Below are positions 31,777 to 40,956 of a stretch of DNA of 64,000 bases, one piece after another. The DNA lies in NCBI GenBank assembly GCA_002897635.1, contig BDTD01000007.1:16907-80906 (forward strand), given 5' to 3'. This DNA is from a bacterium BMS3Abin11. GTDB lineage: Bacteria; Pseudomonadota; Gammaproteobacteria; BMS3Bbin11. The notes beneath the pieces are model-generated. The model saw nothing but the letters and a program-made list of their open reading frames with translations. It made no database searches and was not told where the DNA came from. Numbering within the stretch: position 1 is the stretch's first letter; each line of letters starts with the position of its first letter. The position numbers and the translations under genes are program-made.

Positions 31777-32553
31777 ATGTCCGACTTACCCTCTTCACAA
31801 CTGCTGAAAATTTCGGATCTGATTGTGGCAATTGAAGACCGGATACTGTGTCGGTCATTATCTGTTTACATGTCTGCAGGTGAAACCTGGTCTATTCTCG
31901 GCCCTAATGGATCGGGTAAAACCACCCTGCTGCTGACACTGGCTGGCCTGCAAGCTGCCCGGTCGGGGGAAGTACTACTGGATGGAGAGGTAATTTCATC
32001 TTACAGCTCACGGCAACTCGCTGTGCTGCGCAGTATGCTTTTTCAGAAAACCGATGACGCCTTTCCCGCGACGGTTATGGAAACAGTATTATCTGGGCGC
32101 CACCCACACATCCCTTACTGGCAAACCGAGACAAATGCAGATTTTAAAATTGCGCAACAGGTACTCGACAAAGTCGATATGGCTGGTTTAGAAGATCGTG
32201 ATGTCAACAACCTTTCCGGCGGCGAACGTCAGCGTGTTTCGATTGCCGCCTGTCTGGCACAGAACTCTCCTATCCGCATGTTTGATGAACCCGTCAATCA
32301 TCTTGACATGAAACATCAGAATAGTATTCTTCGTCTGATCAGTGAAAATTATCAGCGGCTTAATCTGGTGGTGCTGCAGGATATTAATCAGGCATGGCGA
32401 TATTGTAGCCATGCCTTGCTGTTATATCTGGATGGGTCGGTTGAAACTGGCAGTATTGAAGATATGTTGACTATTGAAAGACTTGAAGCTCTTTATGATT
32501 GCAGGCTGAAGATTTTACAGGATGGGGCTGATCGGTTTTATGTCCATTCATAA
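31777..32553 (+). CDS. ABC transporter ATP-binding protein (iron-siderophore/heme/B12 FecE/BtuD-like subfamily)
   Basis: Walker A GPNGSGKTT, signature LSGGERQRV, Walker B MFDEP. Start at MSDLPSS; the track ORF starts at 31738. Confidence 0.85.
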   Translation: MSDLPSSQLLKISDLIVAIEDRILCRSLSVYMSAGETWSILGPNGSGKTTLLLTLAGLQAARSGEVLLDGEVISSYSSRQLAVLRSMLFQKTDDAFPATVMETVLSGRHPHIPYWQTETNADFKIAQQVLDKVDMAGLEDRDVNNLSGGERQRVSIAACLAQNSPIRMFDEPVNHLDMKHQNSILRLISENYQRLNLVVLQDINQAWRYCSHALLLYLDGSVETGSIEDMLTIERLEALYDCRLKILQDGADRFYVHS

Positions 32554-32571
32554 ATGGGCTTGAGTACCAGA

Positions 32572-32772
32572 CTAAGGACAAAGGACTAAGGACTAAAGAT
32601 AAAGGACAAAAGAAAAAACCGTCATTCCGGCATGACTCCAGCCGGAATCCATCTATTTAAAAAAACCTGGAAACTGGCCTAAGCCGGCATGGCATAAAAC
32701 TGGGTTTGTTTTCCTCCTTAGTCCTGAGTCTTTTGTCCTTTGTCTTTAGTCCTCAGTCCTTAGTCCTTTGTC
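32572..32772. repeat. Inverted pair of decamer tandem arrays (AGGACTAAAG-like x4-5 on each side) flanking a hairpin terminator
   Basis: Left array CTAAGGACAAAGGACTAAGGACTAAAGATAAAGGACAAAAG, right array its reverse complement. Central stem ATTCCGGC/GCCGGAAT followed on the minus strand by GGTTTTTTCTTTT. Lies between convergent genes. Confidence 0.7.
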
Positions 32773-33280
32773 TATTAGTCACTTCTGCCAAAACCCTCCG
32801 CCACAGCTCAAGTTTCTCATCAAAGCACATCGCTGCATAAGCTGGGCTGGTTGATGGCAATCTCTGGTAAAATTGACCGTATTGCTGAATCTCTTCCAGG
32901 CTAAGGACGTGTTTTTTATACAATCGTTCTGCCGCACTGCCATTAAAAAAGACCGCTTTAATCGATCTGTGAGCTGAAAATAAATGGACGAAATCATTCG
33001 CCTGCTCAGAAGTGGTCTCGATACTCGAATCCAGACTACCCACCCTTTTACACATTTTTAAAACATCCCAGATACCCAGGCCACAAGCTGTCAGCATAGT
33101 ACAGCGTTCATCATAGTTGCTGCCCCGCTCAATACCGAATAATCCTTCCATAATCGTCCAGAATACATTTCGAGGGTGCGCATAATATTGCTGCTTCTGT
33201 AGTGAAGCGACACCCGGCATGGAACCCAGTATCAGGATTCTACAGTTCTTTTTTGCTACCGGATCAAAGCTTTTTATCAT
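32753..33280 (-). CDS. DNA-deoxyinosine glycosylase (hypoxanthine-DNA glycosylase, UDG family 6)
   Basis: ILILGSMPGVASL ... YAHPRNVFW motifs of HDG-type UDG-fold proteins. Confidence 0.7.
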   Translation of the reverse strand: MIKSFDPVAKKNCRILILGSMPGVASLQKQQYYAHPRNVFWTIMEGLFGIERGSNYDERCTMLTACGLGIWDVLKMCKRVGSLDSSIETTSEQANDFVHLFSAHRSIKAVFFNGSAAERLYKKHVLSLEEIQQYGQFYQRLPSTSPAYAAMCFDEKLELWRRVLAEVTNRQRTKD

Positions 33281-34434
33281 GCATCTCTCGCCAGGCGCAA
33301 GCCGGCAAACACATGGCGTTTTTCAGGCTGGTAGAAATTACGGAAGGATGGCTGGCTGACAGACTCTCCTGAATATGGACTGCGGCCTTTTAGCATGTAA
33401 TGATCATCATCAAACCAGGGGCTTGAATAACGCTCATAAGGGAAAGCCCTGAAGCCTTCATAAGGAAAAAAGGTATTGGCACACCACTCCCATACCTTGC
33501 CGGTCGTATGCATGAGCGCTGGATCGGCTTTCATGGCAGCCTCCCATTCATGTTCATGCGGTAATCGATAACCAGCATAACGAGCAAAGGCATCGGCTTC
33601 ATACCAGCTAAGTCCCGACACGGCTGCATCGGGATCAATATCAGAAAACCCCTCCTTGCTCAGTGCGCACCAGTTTCCCGAGACATCATCCAGCCAATAT
33701 TCAGGCGCACGGATTTTAGAGTCCGTTATCCATTGCCAGCCTGCCCTGTTCCAGAAACTCTCATATTGATATCCAGCGGCCTGCATAAAACCCAGGTACT
33801 CTGCGTTACTAACCGGTTTCTCAGCAATCTGAAAAGTGGAGAGTCTTACTTCATGAACCGGTTGTTCGTTATCACAGGCCAGTACATCACTGGAGCCGAC
33901 TTCGTATATGCCTTCAGCAAAAGATGCTGCTGGCGACACGGGTTCCAGTGCATTAAACTTTTTGGTCATTAAATTTGTTGCAGACTCTGTTTTCAATGCT
34001 TTCTGATACAATGCCATCTGCATGGTTTCCAGATGTTGCTGCCCGTGCTGCAGCAGAAACCAGGCTATATAGTCATTTTCAAGCAGAGGATGCTTTTGTT
34101 GGCTGGATAATAGATCAAACGATAAATTTTCCGCATCAGAAAAGTTATTTTTCAGTTTTGAAAAGTCAGTAATGCCCGGCAGCTTTCCACGTTCAGACTT
34201 ATCAATCATTTCCGGAAAATAATACTGATGCAAATCTGCAGTCCTGCTGTTGTCACCAAGCACGGCTTCCCGCAACCAGTACTGTTCGATAAATGCAATA
34301 TGCGCAAGATGCCAGCCTAACGGACTGAGATCAGGATGGTACTGAATACGTAGTTCATCCACAGAACAGGAGGAAAACTGTTTTATCAGCCGATCATGCA
34401 AAGACGATAGTCGATCTATACTAAGCCGAACCAT
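33277..34434 (-). CDS. egtB: EgtB-family sulfoxide synthase (DinB_2 plus FGE-sulfatase domains); ergothioneine biosynthesis
   Basis: DinB-like His triad region (LGWHLAHIAFIEQYW) and a C-terminal FGE-sulfatase fold (WEWCANTFFPYEGF...). The first 5 codons lie inside a MITE terminal inverted repeat. Confidence 0.7.
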   Translation of the reverse strand: MVRLSIDRLSSLHDRLIKQFSSCSVDELRIQYHPDLSPLGWHLAHIAFIEQYWLREAVLGDNSRTADLHQYYFPEMIDKSERGKLPGITDFSKLKNNFSDAENLSFDLLSSQQKHPLLENDYIAWFLLQHGQQHLETMQMALYQKALKTESATNLMTKKFNALEPVSPAASFAEGIYEVGSSDVLACDNEQPVHEVRLSTFQIAEKPVSNAEYLGFMQAAGYQYESFWNRAGWQWITDSKIRAPEYWLDDVSGNWCALSKEGFSDIDPDAAVSGLSWYEADAFARYAGYRLPHEHEWEAAMKADPALMHTTGKVWEWCANTFFPYEGFRAFPYERYSSPWFDDDHYMLKGRSPYSGESVSQPSFRNFYQPEKRHVFAGLRLARDA

Positions 34435-34683
34435 GATTAGGCGACACTCAGCTTCTCTGTGCCTTGTTCACGGCAAGGCATCGGAACGCCACTGTAGCCA
34501 TTCTACAGTAAGTTTCGATAACGAAGTCCGTGAAATGGCACAGAGAAGCCCGTAGGGAGGATCCAAAATGATCCAGCTCTGCGTTACGACTCTTGATAAG
34601 GGAATAACCATTATCTGCGAGTCGTGTCTTAATCTGAATCATTTTGGGTCCTCTGAGTGTCGCCTAATCATGGTTCGGCTTAG
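34421..34683. mobile_element. 263 bp MITE-like element with perfect 31 bp terminal inverted repeats (CTAAGCCGAACCATGATTAGGCGACACTCAG), possibly with TA target-site duplication
   Basis: Left terminal inverted repeat at 34421-34451 and right at 34653-34683 are exact reverse complements. Inner inverted pair CTTCTCTGTGCC/GGCACAGAGAAG. Flanked by TA on both sides. No coding capacity. Confidence 0.75.
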
Positions 34684-34695
34684 TAAGTACTTTAT

Positions 34696-35475
34696 TCATA
34701 AATGGATTTTTTCCGGCTCATTACAGGCATCAAAAATCATTAATGACTGAGCTGCTACTTCTGTCCAGTCATCATCATCTGTCAACGGCTCAGAAGCGAC
34801 AAGGCTTCCGCCAGGGAAAAGCGGTGGATTTACCGAATAATATAATGAAGGACAGTTACCATTGATTGCACATCGCAAGGCCCAGACTTTTCCGGGTATA
34901 GCGATGATAATATTCAATAGACCCCGTTCATCCTTTAACCATCTTTTTAGGCGGGCAACCAGTTCAATCAAAACAGAAGCCGGATCATTACTACCAGTTT
35001 CCCACATGATCTGCTTGAATAGAATAAACAGGTGCTCTGAATCGGTATTGCCTTCAATCAAATCTTCAAACTCAGGCTTAAATTCACGCCGCAGACATGA
35101 CCTTAAAGTCCGGGAAAATTGATTTATGTAACCATTGTGCATGAAATGATACTTTTCATCCGCATAGGGCATGGTGTTGGCAAGATTAATCGGGATATTC
35201 GTAGTCGCGCTACGCACTACTGCTACCCATGTTTTAGATTCAAGCCCGCGACCAAGTTCTGGAAGGTTCGGATCCGTCCAGATAGGCATGGTCTGGCGAT
35301 ATCGCAATGGTTTGCCAAGCTGATCGAACCAGCCAAAGCCGTAGCCATCTGCATTCAGCCTGGCTTCCATCATTTCTCTTGGTGCCCATGACTGTTTCAC
35401 CAGACTATGCTCCGGCTTGAGTAGTAATTCTTCAAGTCGCAAAGCTGGGCCAATATAAGCTGCAAGTCTGCACAT
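34696..35475 (-). CDS. egtC: Class II glutamine amidotransferase-like amidohydrolase EgtC
   Basis: N-terminal Cys2 (MCRLAAYIGP) Ntn-hydrolase signature. Positioned between egtD and egtB. Confidence 0.75.
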   Translation of the reverse strand: MCRLAAYIGPALRLEELLLKPEHSLVKQSWAPREMMEARLNADGYGFGWFDQLGKPLRYRQTMPIWTDPNLPELGRGLESKTWVAVVRSATTNIPINLANTMPYADEKYHFMHNGYINQFSRTLRSCLRREFKPEFEDLIEGNTDSEHLFILFKQIMWETGSNDPASVLIELVARLKRWLKDERGLLNIIIAIPGKVWALRCAINGNCPSLYYSVNPPLFPGGSLVASEPLTDDDDWTEVAAQSLMIFDACNEPEKIHL

Positions 35476-35625
35476 AATATTTTCAGGTAGTAAGGGTATC
35501 TCTATTTACTCATGAATAATCATATTGAATCCAGAACCTGTCATATCCAGAACTAATAAAAGCCCCCTGTTGTTTATAACAGGTCACTAAGTATAATGAA
35601 AAAAATTTAAAAACAAAGGAAAGCT

Positions 35626-36636
35626 ATGCAGGAAACAGCAGAATTAGACACAGGGCGATTCCAGTTAAACCGGTTGTCTTCAGACCAACACCTGAACTCT
35701 CTCGCTGAGGATGTTCGTCATGGACTGATGTCAGTGCCTCGGACACTGCCACCAAAATACTTCTATGACGAACGTGGCTCAAAACTATTTGATCATATAT
35801 GCCAGACAGAAGAGTATTATCTGACGCGCGCAGAATCGACCCTCCTGAAAAGACATGCTGATGAAATCATTGCAACAACACGTCCCAATGCCATTGTTGA
35901 ATATGGTAGTGGTACATCAGAAAAAACGGAAATCCTCATTCAGGCGGCTAACCTGCAATATGACTGGTTACACTACCTACCACTGGATGTTTGTGAAGAA
36001 ATTCTTGTTGAGGCGGCCGATCGTCTGATTGAAAGATTTCCCGCGTTATCTATTGATGCCTGGCATGGCGACTTCGTTGATGGCATGGATCATTTTAAAA
36101 ATGACCATGAACGTAGCCTCTATACATTTCTTGGCAGCTCACTGGGTAACCATTCTGAAAAAGAAGCAATAGGATTTCTCTGCAATGTAAGGAATACCAT
36201 TAAAGATAGCGACTGGTTTCTTCTAGGTGTTGATATGGTCAAGGATCATGCCATTTTAAATGCTGCCTATAATGACAGCAGGGGCTATACAGCAGAATTC
36301 AACCTGAACTTACTCAATGTTCTTAACCAGGCGCTTGATGGCGACTTTAACAAAAAAAAGTTTAAGCACCATGCCTTTTTCGATACTGAAAATTCCCGTA
36401 TCGAAATGCGACTGCAATCCTGTTGCCAGCAGGCCGTGACGCTTCGTGATATAGATCTGAAAATTGAATTTGAAGAAGGAGAGCATATCGTAACGGAGTA
36501 CAGTCGCAAATATACGGCCGATTCTATACAGCAATTATTAAGCAAAGCAGGATTCAAACCACAGAACATCTATACCGGCAATAACAATGAATTTATGTTG
36601 ATTCTTTCTAGTTGTTCAAAAGCAGATAAAGGATGA
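35626..36636 (+). CDS. egtD: L-histidine N-alpha-methyltransferase EgtD
   Basis: YFYDERGSKLFDHICQTEEYYLTRAE ... GSGTSEKT motifs of the EgtD methyltransferase family. Confidence 0.85.
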   Translation: MQETAELDTGRFQLNRLSSDQHLNSLAEDVRHGLMSVPRTLPPKYFYDERGSKLFDHICQTEEYYLTRAESTLLKRHADEIIATTRPNAIVEYGSGTSEKTEILIQAANLQYDWLHYLPLDVCEEILVEAADRLIERFPALSIDAWHGDFVDGMDHFKNDHERSLYTFLGSSLGNHSEKEAIGFLCNVRNTIKDSDWFLLGVDMVKDHAILNAAYNDSRGYTAEFNLNLLNVLNQALDGDFNKKKFKHHAFFDTENSRIEMRLQSCCQQAVTLRDIDLKIEFEEGEHIVTEYSRKYTADSIQQLLSKAGFKPQNIYTGNNNEFMLILSSCSKADKG

Positions 36637-36683
36637 ATGGTTTCAAGTTTCAGGTTTCAGGATGAAAGAGTAAACCACTACTT

Positions 36684-37994
36684 ATGACCAGAAGCACCAC
36701 ACATCTAGCACCTAGAAAAGAACTTATTTCCTGGGCGATGTATGATTTTGCTAATTCTGGCTATACCACGGTTGTTTTAACCGCTATTTTTAGTGCCTAT
36801 TTCGTTGGCGTTATTGCCGCTACTACGGATGGCACTAGTAATGGCACAGGAACCTTGCTGTGGAGTATAACCATTGGTATTGCCAATATATTGATACTTA
36901 TTACAGCCCCTGTCCTTGGTGCGATTGCAGACTACTCCGCATCGAAAAAGAAGATGCTCGCCTATACCACCGCAGGTTGTATTGGGATGACGGCCCTGCT
37001 AGGATTTACTGGGCCGAACCAGCTTTTTCTCAGTATGTTTTTTCTGGCCGGCTCAGCTTTTTTGTTTGGTACGGGTGAGAATCTTATCGCTGCTTTTTTG
37101 CCAGAAATTGCCCCGCCAGATAAAGTCGGCAAAGTATCCGGCTTCAGTTGGGCACTCGGCTACATCGGTGGATTGTTTGTACTCACTGTGAGCCTGGCCT
37201 ATATCGAGGTGGTAAAACCACTGGGGCAGACAGCAGAACAATATGTCCCAGTCACTTTATGGATTACTGCCCTGGTCTTTGCCATCGCCTCAGCACCCAC
37301 ATTTCTCTTCCTGAAAGAAAGACAACAGGCTAGCCTGGATTCACCCTCCTCCATTTTCAGCTATACCCGAATCGGTTTTTCGAGACTGCGACAAACCCTG
37401 CAGCGCAGGCGCCAGTTTCGTGACCTGTTTCGTTTTCTTCTGGCATTGTGCATTTTTAGCAGCGGTGTCTATACCGTCATCGTTATCGCGGCCATCTATG
37501 CCCAGCAAGTCATGCACTTCTCCACCACAGAAAACATCGTCATGATTATGGTGGTTAATATCACCGCAGCAGTAGGCGCATTTGTCTTTGGCCTGTTTCA
37601 GGATCAACTGGGAGCCAAACGTACACTGGAACTGACATTACTTATATGGATACTCGCCATTGCTGTTGTATGGCAAGGTGATACAAAGACCCAATTCTGG
37701 ATTGCCGCCAATTTAATTGGTCTGGCCATGGGCTCCAGCCAGTCTGCCGGACGTGCCCTGGTGGCCCTGTTCGCTCCGGAAGGTCGCTCAGCAGAGTTTT
37801 TTGGCCTGTGGGGCCTGTCAATCAAACTGGCCGCCGTCATTGGTCCCATGAGCTATGGACTCATCGCCTGGTACAGCAACGGCGACCAGCGCCAGGCCAT
37901 TTTTTCCACACTTATGTTTTTTGTTGTAGGATTAATCGTCCTGTTTACTGTAAATGAAAAACGTGGGCGAGAAGCGGCTGTTGTTGGGGAGTAG
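36684..37994 (+). CDS. MFS transporter, UMF1/Atg22-like family
   Basis: 12 TM segments with a WAMYDFANSGYTTVV N-terminal signature. Confidence 0.8.
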   Translation: MTRSTTHLAPRKELISWAMYDFANSGYTTVVLTAIFSAYFVGVIAATTDGTSNGTGTLLWSITIGIANILILITAPVLGAIADYSASKKKMLAYTTAGCIGMTALLGFTGPNQLFLSMFFLAGSAFLFGTGENLIAAFLPEIAPPDKVGKVSGFSWALGYIGGLFVLTVSLAYIEVVKPLGQTAEQYVPVTLWITALVFAIASAPTFLFLKERQQASLDSPSSIFSYTRIGFSRLRQTLQRRRQFRDLFRFLLALCIFSSGVYTVIVIAAIYAQQVMHFSTTENIVMIMVVNITAAVGAFVFGLFQDQLGAKRTLELTLLIWILAIAVVWQGDTKTQFWIAANLIGLAMGSSQSAGRALVALFAPEGRSAEFFGLWGLSIKLAAVIGPMSYGLIAWYSNGDQRQAIFSTLMFFVVGLIVLFTVNEKRGREAAVVGE

Positions 37995-38260
37995 AAGTTC
38001 CAAGATCCAGGTTCCAAGTTCCAAGTTCCAAGTAAAGGTCAAAAGCTATTAACCACAGAGGACACGGAGGTACACAGAGGAAAAAATTCTACAGATTTAA
38101 TAAACATACTAAGCATCAGCGCTATCGCTTAGTTTCAGCTCATATCTGTGGCCGAAATATATAGCAACTGAAAACCTCTGTGCACCTCCGTGTCCTCTGT
38201 GGTAAATGCTTTTAGTCTTTAGATTTTAGCTTGGAACTTGGAACCTGGATCTTGGAACTC
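37995..38260. repeat. Composite repeat: an octamer array (GTTCCAAG x4.5), then a family-2 BIME-like element (29 bp CACAGAGGA arms flanking 94 bp), then a reverse octamer array (CTTGGAAC x4)
   Basis: ACCACAGAGGACACGGAGGTACACAGAGG at 38052-38080, and its reverse complement CCTCTGTGCACCTCCGTGTCCTCTGTGGT at 38175-38203. Confidence 0.85.
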
Positions 38261-38279
38261 TATCTTTTTAACCCCATAT
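38251..38279 (+). promoter_or_regulatory. Candidate sigma-32 (RpoH) heat-shock promoter for clpB: -35 CTTGGAA, 14 bp spacer, -10 CCCCATAT
   Basis: Matches the sigma-32 consensus CTTGAAA-N13-15-CCCCATNT. Sits 37 bp upstream of the clpB ATG. The -35 box is the last unit of the octamer array. Confidence 0.5.
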
Positions 38280-38315
38280 AACGTGCAGAATATGAATCTT
38301 TGAGGATTTAAAACC

Positions 38316-40895
38316 ATGCGAATGGATAAACTAACCAGCAAATTCCAGATGGCTATAGCGGATGCACAGAGCCTGGCGGTTGGGCGTGATAATCAATACA
38401 TTGAGCCGGTTCATCTGATGGCGGCTCTGATGGATCAGGAAGGGGGTAGCGTGCGTCCTATCCTGGCGCAGTCCGGTGTTAATATAGCCGCTTTACGTTC
38501 CAGCCTGGATGCTGCACTGGATCGCCTTGCTACGGTAGAAGGAACGGCTGGTGAAGTACATCTTTCTAATGACCTTGGTCGTCTGCTTAACGTCACGGAC
38601 AAGCTGGCACAAAAACGAAATGACCAGTATGTCTCCAGTGAACTTTTTGTCCTCGCTGCGGTTGATGATAAAGACACGTTGGGTGACCTTTTACGCAAAG
38701 CAGGCGCTATTCGCGGTGCGTTAGAAAAAACGATTGAGGAAGTGCGTGGCGGTGAAAATATTGATGACCCTAATGCAGAAGAACAACGTCAGGCACTGCA
38801 AAAATACACCATCGATATGACCGAACGCGCTGAGCAGAATAAACTTGACCCGGTGATTGGGCGCGACGATGAAATTCGCCGTACCATTCAGGTACTGCAG
38901 CGTCGCACAAAGAACAACCCGGTACTGATCGGTGAACCAGGAGTTGGAAAAACTGCTATTCTGGAAGGCCTGGCTCAACGCATCGTCAACAATGAAGTTC
39001 CCGAAGGTATGCGAGGCAAGCGTTTGCTCTCGCTTGATCTCGGTGCCCTGATAGCAGGTGCGAAATTCCGCGGTGAATTTGAGGAACGGCTAAAGGCAGT
39101 ATTGAATGACCTGGCCAAGCAGGAAGGCAATGTCATTTTGTTCATTGATGAATTGCACACCATGGTCGGTGCCGGCAAGGCAGAAGGTTCTATGGATGCC
39201 GGCAATATGCTGAAACCCGCCCTCGCACGTGGCGAGTTACACTGCGTTGGCGCGACCACGCTGGACGAATACCGTGAATATGTGGAAAAGGATGCAGCAC
39301 TTGAACGCCGTTTTCAGAAAGTACTGGTCGATGAGCCCAGTGTTGAAGACACTATTGCCATCCTCCGCGGACTGCAGGAACGCTACGAAGTCCACCATGG
39401 TGTTGATATCTCCGATCCGGCTCTGGTAGCCGCCGCCACCCTGTCCCATCGCTATATCGCTGATCGTAACCTGCCAGACAAGGCGATTGATCTGATTGAC
39501 GAAGCCGGTGCCATGATCCGCATGGAGATCGACTCCAAGCCGGAAGAAATGGACAAGCTTGATCGCCGCCTGATCCAGCTCAAGATCGAGCGCGAGGCGG
39601 TAAAGAAAGATACCGATGATGCTTCAAAAAAACGCCTGGTCGATCTGGAAGCAGAAATCTCTGAACTGGAGAGAAAATACTCCGATCTGGATGAGGTCTG
39701 GAAAGCGGAAAAAGCCTCAGTACAGGGTGCCACCCATATCAAGGAAGAACTGGAAAACGCCCGCAATGAACTGGAGAATGCCCGTCGTGCCGGCGACCTG
39801 GGACGCATGTCAGAGATTCAATACGGACGCATTCCTGAATTAGAAAAACAGCTGGAAACAGCCGAGGAGGCTGCTGAAAACACGGAGATGACCCTGCTGC
39901 GAAACAAGGTCACCGAAGAGGAAATAGCTGAAATTGTCTCGAAATGGACAGGTATCCCTGTATCGAAGATGCTGGAAGGCGAGCGTGACAGACTACTTCG
40001 TATGGAAGACACCCTTGGCAAACGTGTAATCGGCCAGTCCGAGGCCATTACTGCCGTTTCCAATGCCATCAGGCGTTCACGTGCCGGCCTGTCTGACCCA
40101 AACAGGCCAACCGGTTCGTTCCTGTTCCTGGGACCAACCGGTGTCGGTAAAACCGAACTGACCAAGGCACTGGCTAATTTCATGTTTGATACAGAGGAGG
40201 CCATGATTCGAATTGATATGTCCGAATTTATGGAGAAACACTCTGTCGCACGTATGATTGGTGCCCCACCAGGCTATGTCGGCTACGAGGAAGGAGGTTA
40301 CCTGACTGAGTCTGTTCGCAGAAAACCCTACGCTGTTATTCTCCTTGATGAAGTAGAAAAAGCACATCCAGATGTCTTCAATATCCTCCTGCAAGTCATG
40401 GACGAAGGTCGCCTGACTGATGGCCATGGCAGGACTGTCGACTTCCGCAATACAGTCATCATTATGACCTCCAATATAGGCTCTGATGTCATTCAGGAAA
40501 TGTCCGGCGAGGATAATTATGATGCAATGAAGGAATCCGTACTCAACATTGTCGGTACGCACTTCCGCCCTGAATTCATCAACCGAATTGATGAAATCGT
40601 CGTCTTCCATCCGCTGAATCGTGAGCAGTTGCGAGGCATCGCAGCGATTCAGACGCAGTATCTTAGTGATCGCCTGCAGGATAGAGACCTTGAATTGAAA
40701 TTCACAGAAACTGCACTCGATCTGATCGCCGCAGAAGGCTTTGACCCGGTTTACGGTGCCAGACCGTTGAAACGTACGATTCAAAACGAAGTCGAGAATC
40801 CGCTTGCACAGGAAATTCTCGGCGGAAAATTTCTGCCGGGTGACCTAATTGAGGTCGATGTATTAGATGGCGCGTTCATCTTCAACAGAAAATAG
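38316..40895 (+). CDS. clpB: ATP-dependent chaperone ClpB
   Basis: Two AAA+ modules ([16 protein letters not shown]), a middle coiled-coil domain, 859 aa. Confidence 0.97.
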   Translation: MRMDKLTSKFQMAIADAQSLAVGRDNQYIEPVHLMAALMDQEGGSVRPILAQSGVNIAALRSSLDAALDRLATVEGTAGEVHLSNDLGRLLNVTDKLAQKRNDQYVSSELFVLAAVDDKDTLGDLLRKAGAIRGALEKTIEEVRGGENIDDPNAEEQRQALQKYTIDMTERAEQNKLDPVIGRDDEIRRTIQVLQRRTKNNPVLIGEPGVGKTAILEGLAQRIVNNEVPEGMRGKRLLSLDLGALIAGAKFRGEFEERLKAVLNDLAKQEGNVILFIDELHTMVGAGKAEGSMDAGNMLKPALARGELHCVGATTLDEYREYVEKDAALERRFQKVLVDEPSVEDTIAILRGLQERYEVHHGVDISDPALVAAATLSHRYIADRNLPDKAIDLIDEAGAMIRMEIDSKPEEMDKLDRRLIQLKIEREAVKKDTDDASKKRLVDLEAEISELERKYSDLDEVWKAEKASVQGATHIKEELENARNELENARRAGDLGRMSEIQYGRIPELEKQLETAEEAAENTEMTLLRNKVTEEEIAEIVSKWTGIPVSKMLEGERDRLLRMEDTLGKRVIGQSEAITAVSNAIRRSRAGLSDPNRPTGSFLFLGPTGVGKTELTKALANFMFDTEEAMIRIDMSEFMEKHSVARMIGAPPGYVGYEEGGYLTESVRRKPYAVILLDEVEKAHPDVFNILLQVMDEGRLTDGHGRTVDFRNTVIIMTSNIGSDVIQEMSGEDNYDAMKESVLNIVGTHFRPEFINRIDEIVVFHPLNREQLRGIAAIQTQYLSDRLQDRDLELKFTETALDLIAAEGFDPVYGARPLKRTIQNEVENPLAQEILGGKFLPGDLIEVDVLDGAFIFNRK

Positions 40896-40956
40896 CTAAC
40901 TATTGATAAAAAAGCTATTAACCGCGGAGGGCACAGTGGCCCCGAGAAGTAAAAAT

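Noticed and set aside
34448-34750. ORFs of 64 and 60 aa inside the egtC-egtB spacer
   Set aside because: They lie entirely within the MITE with 31 bp terminal inverted repeats. The apparent MVRLSKY ending merely mirrors the egtB start because of the perfect repeat symmetry.
37995-38260. Possible CRISPR array, since short repeats alternate with unique sequence
   Set aside because: The repeats are inverted pairs (only two arms per unit) with a single variable insert. The octamer arrays have no spacers at all. There are no cas genes in the window.
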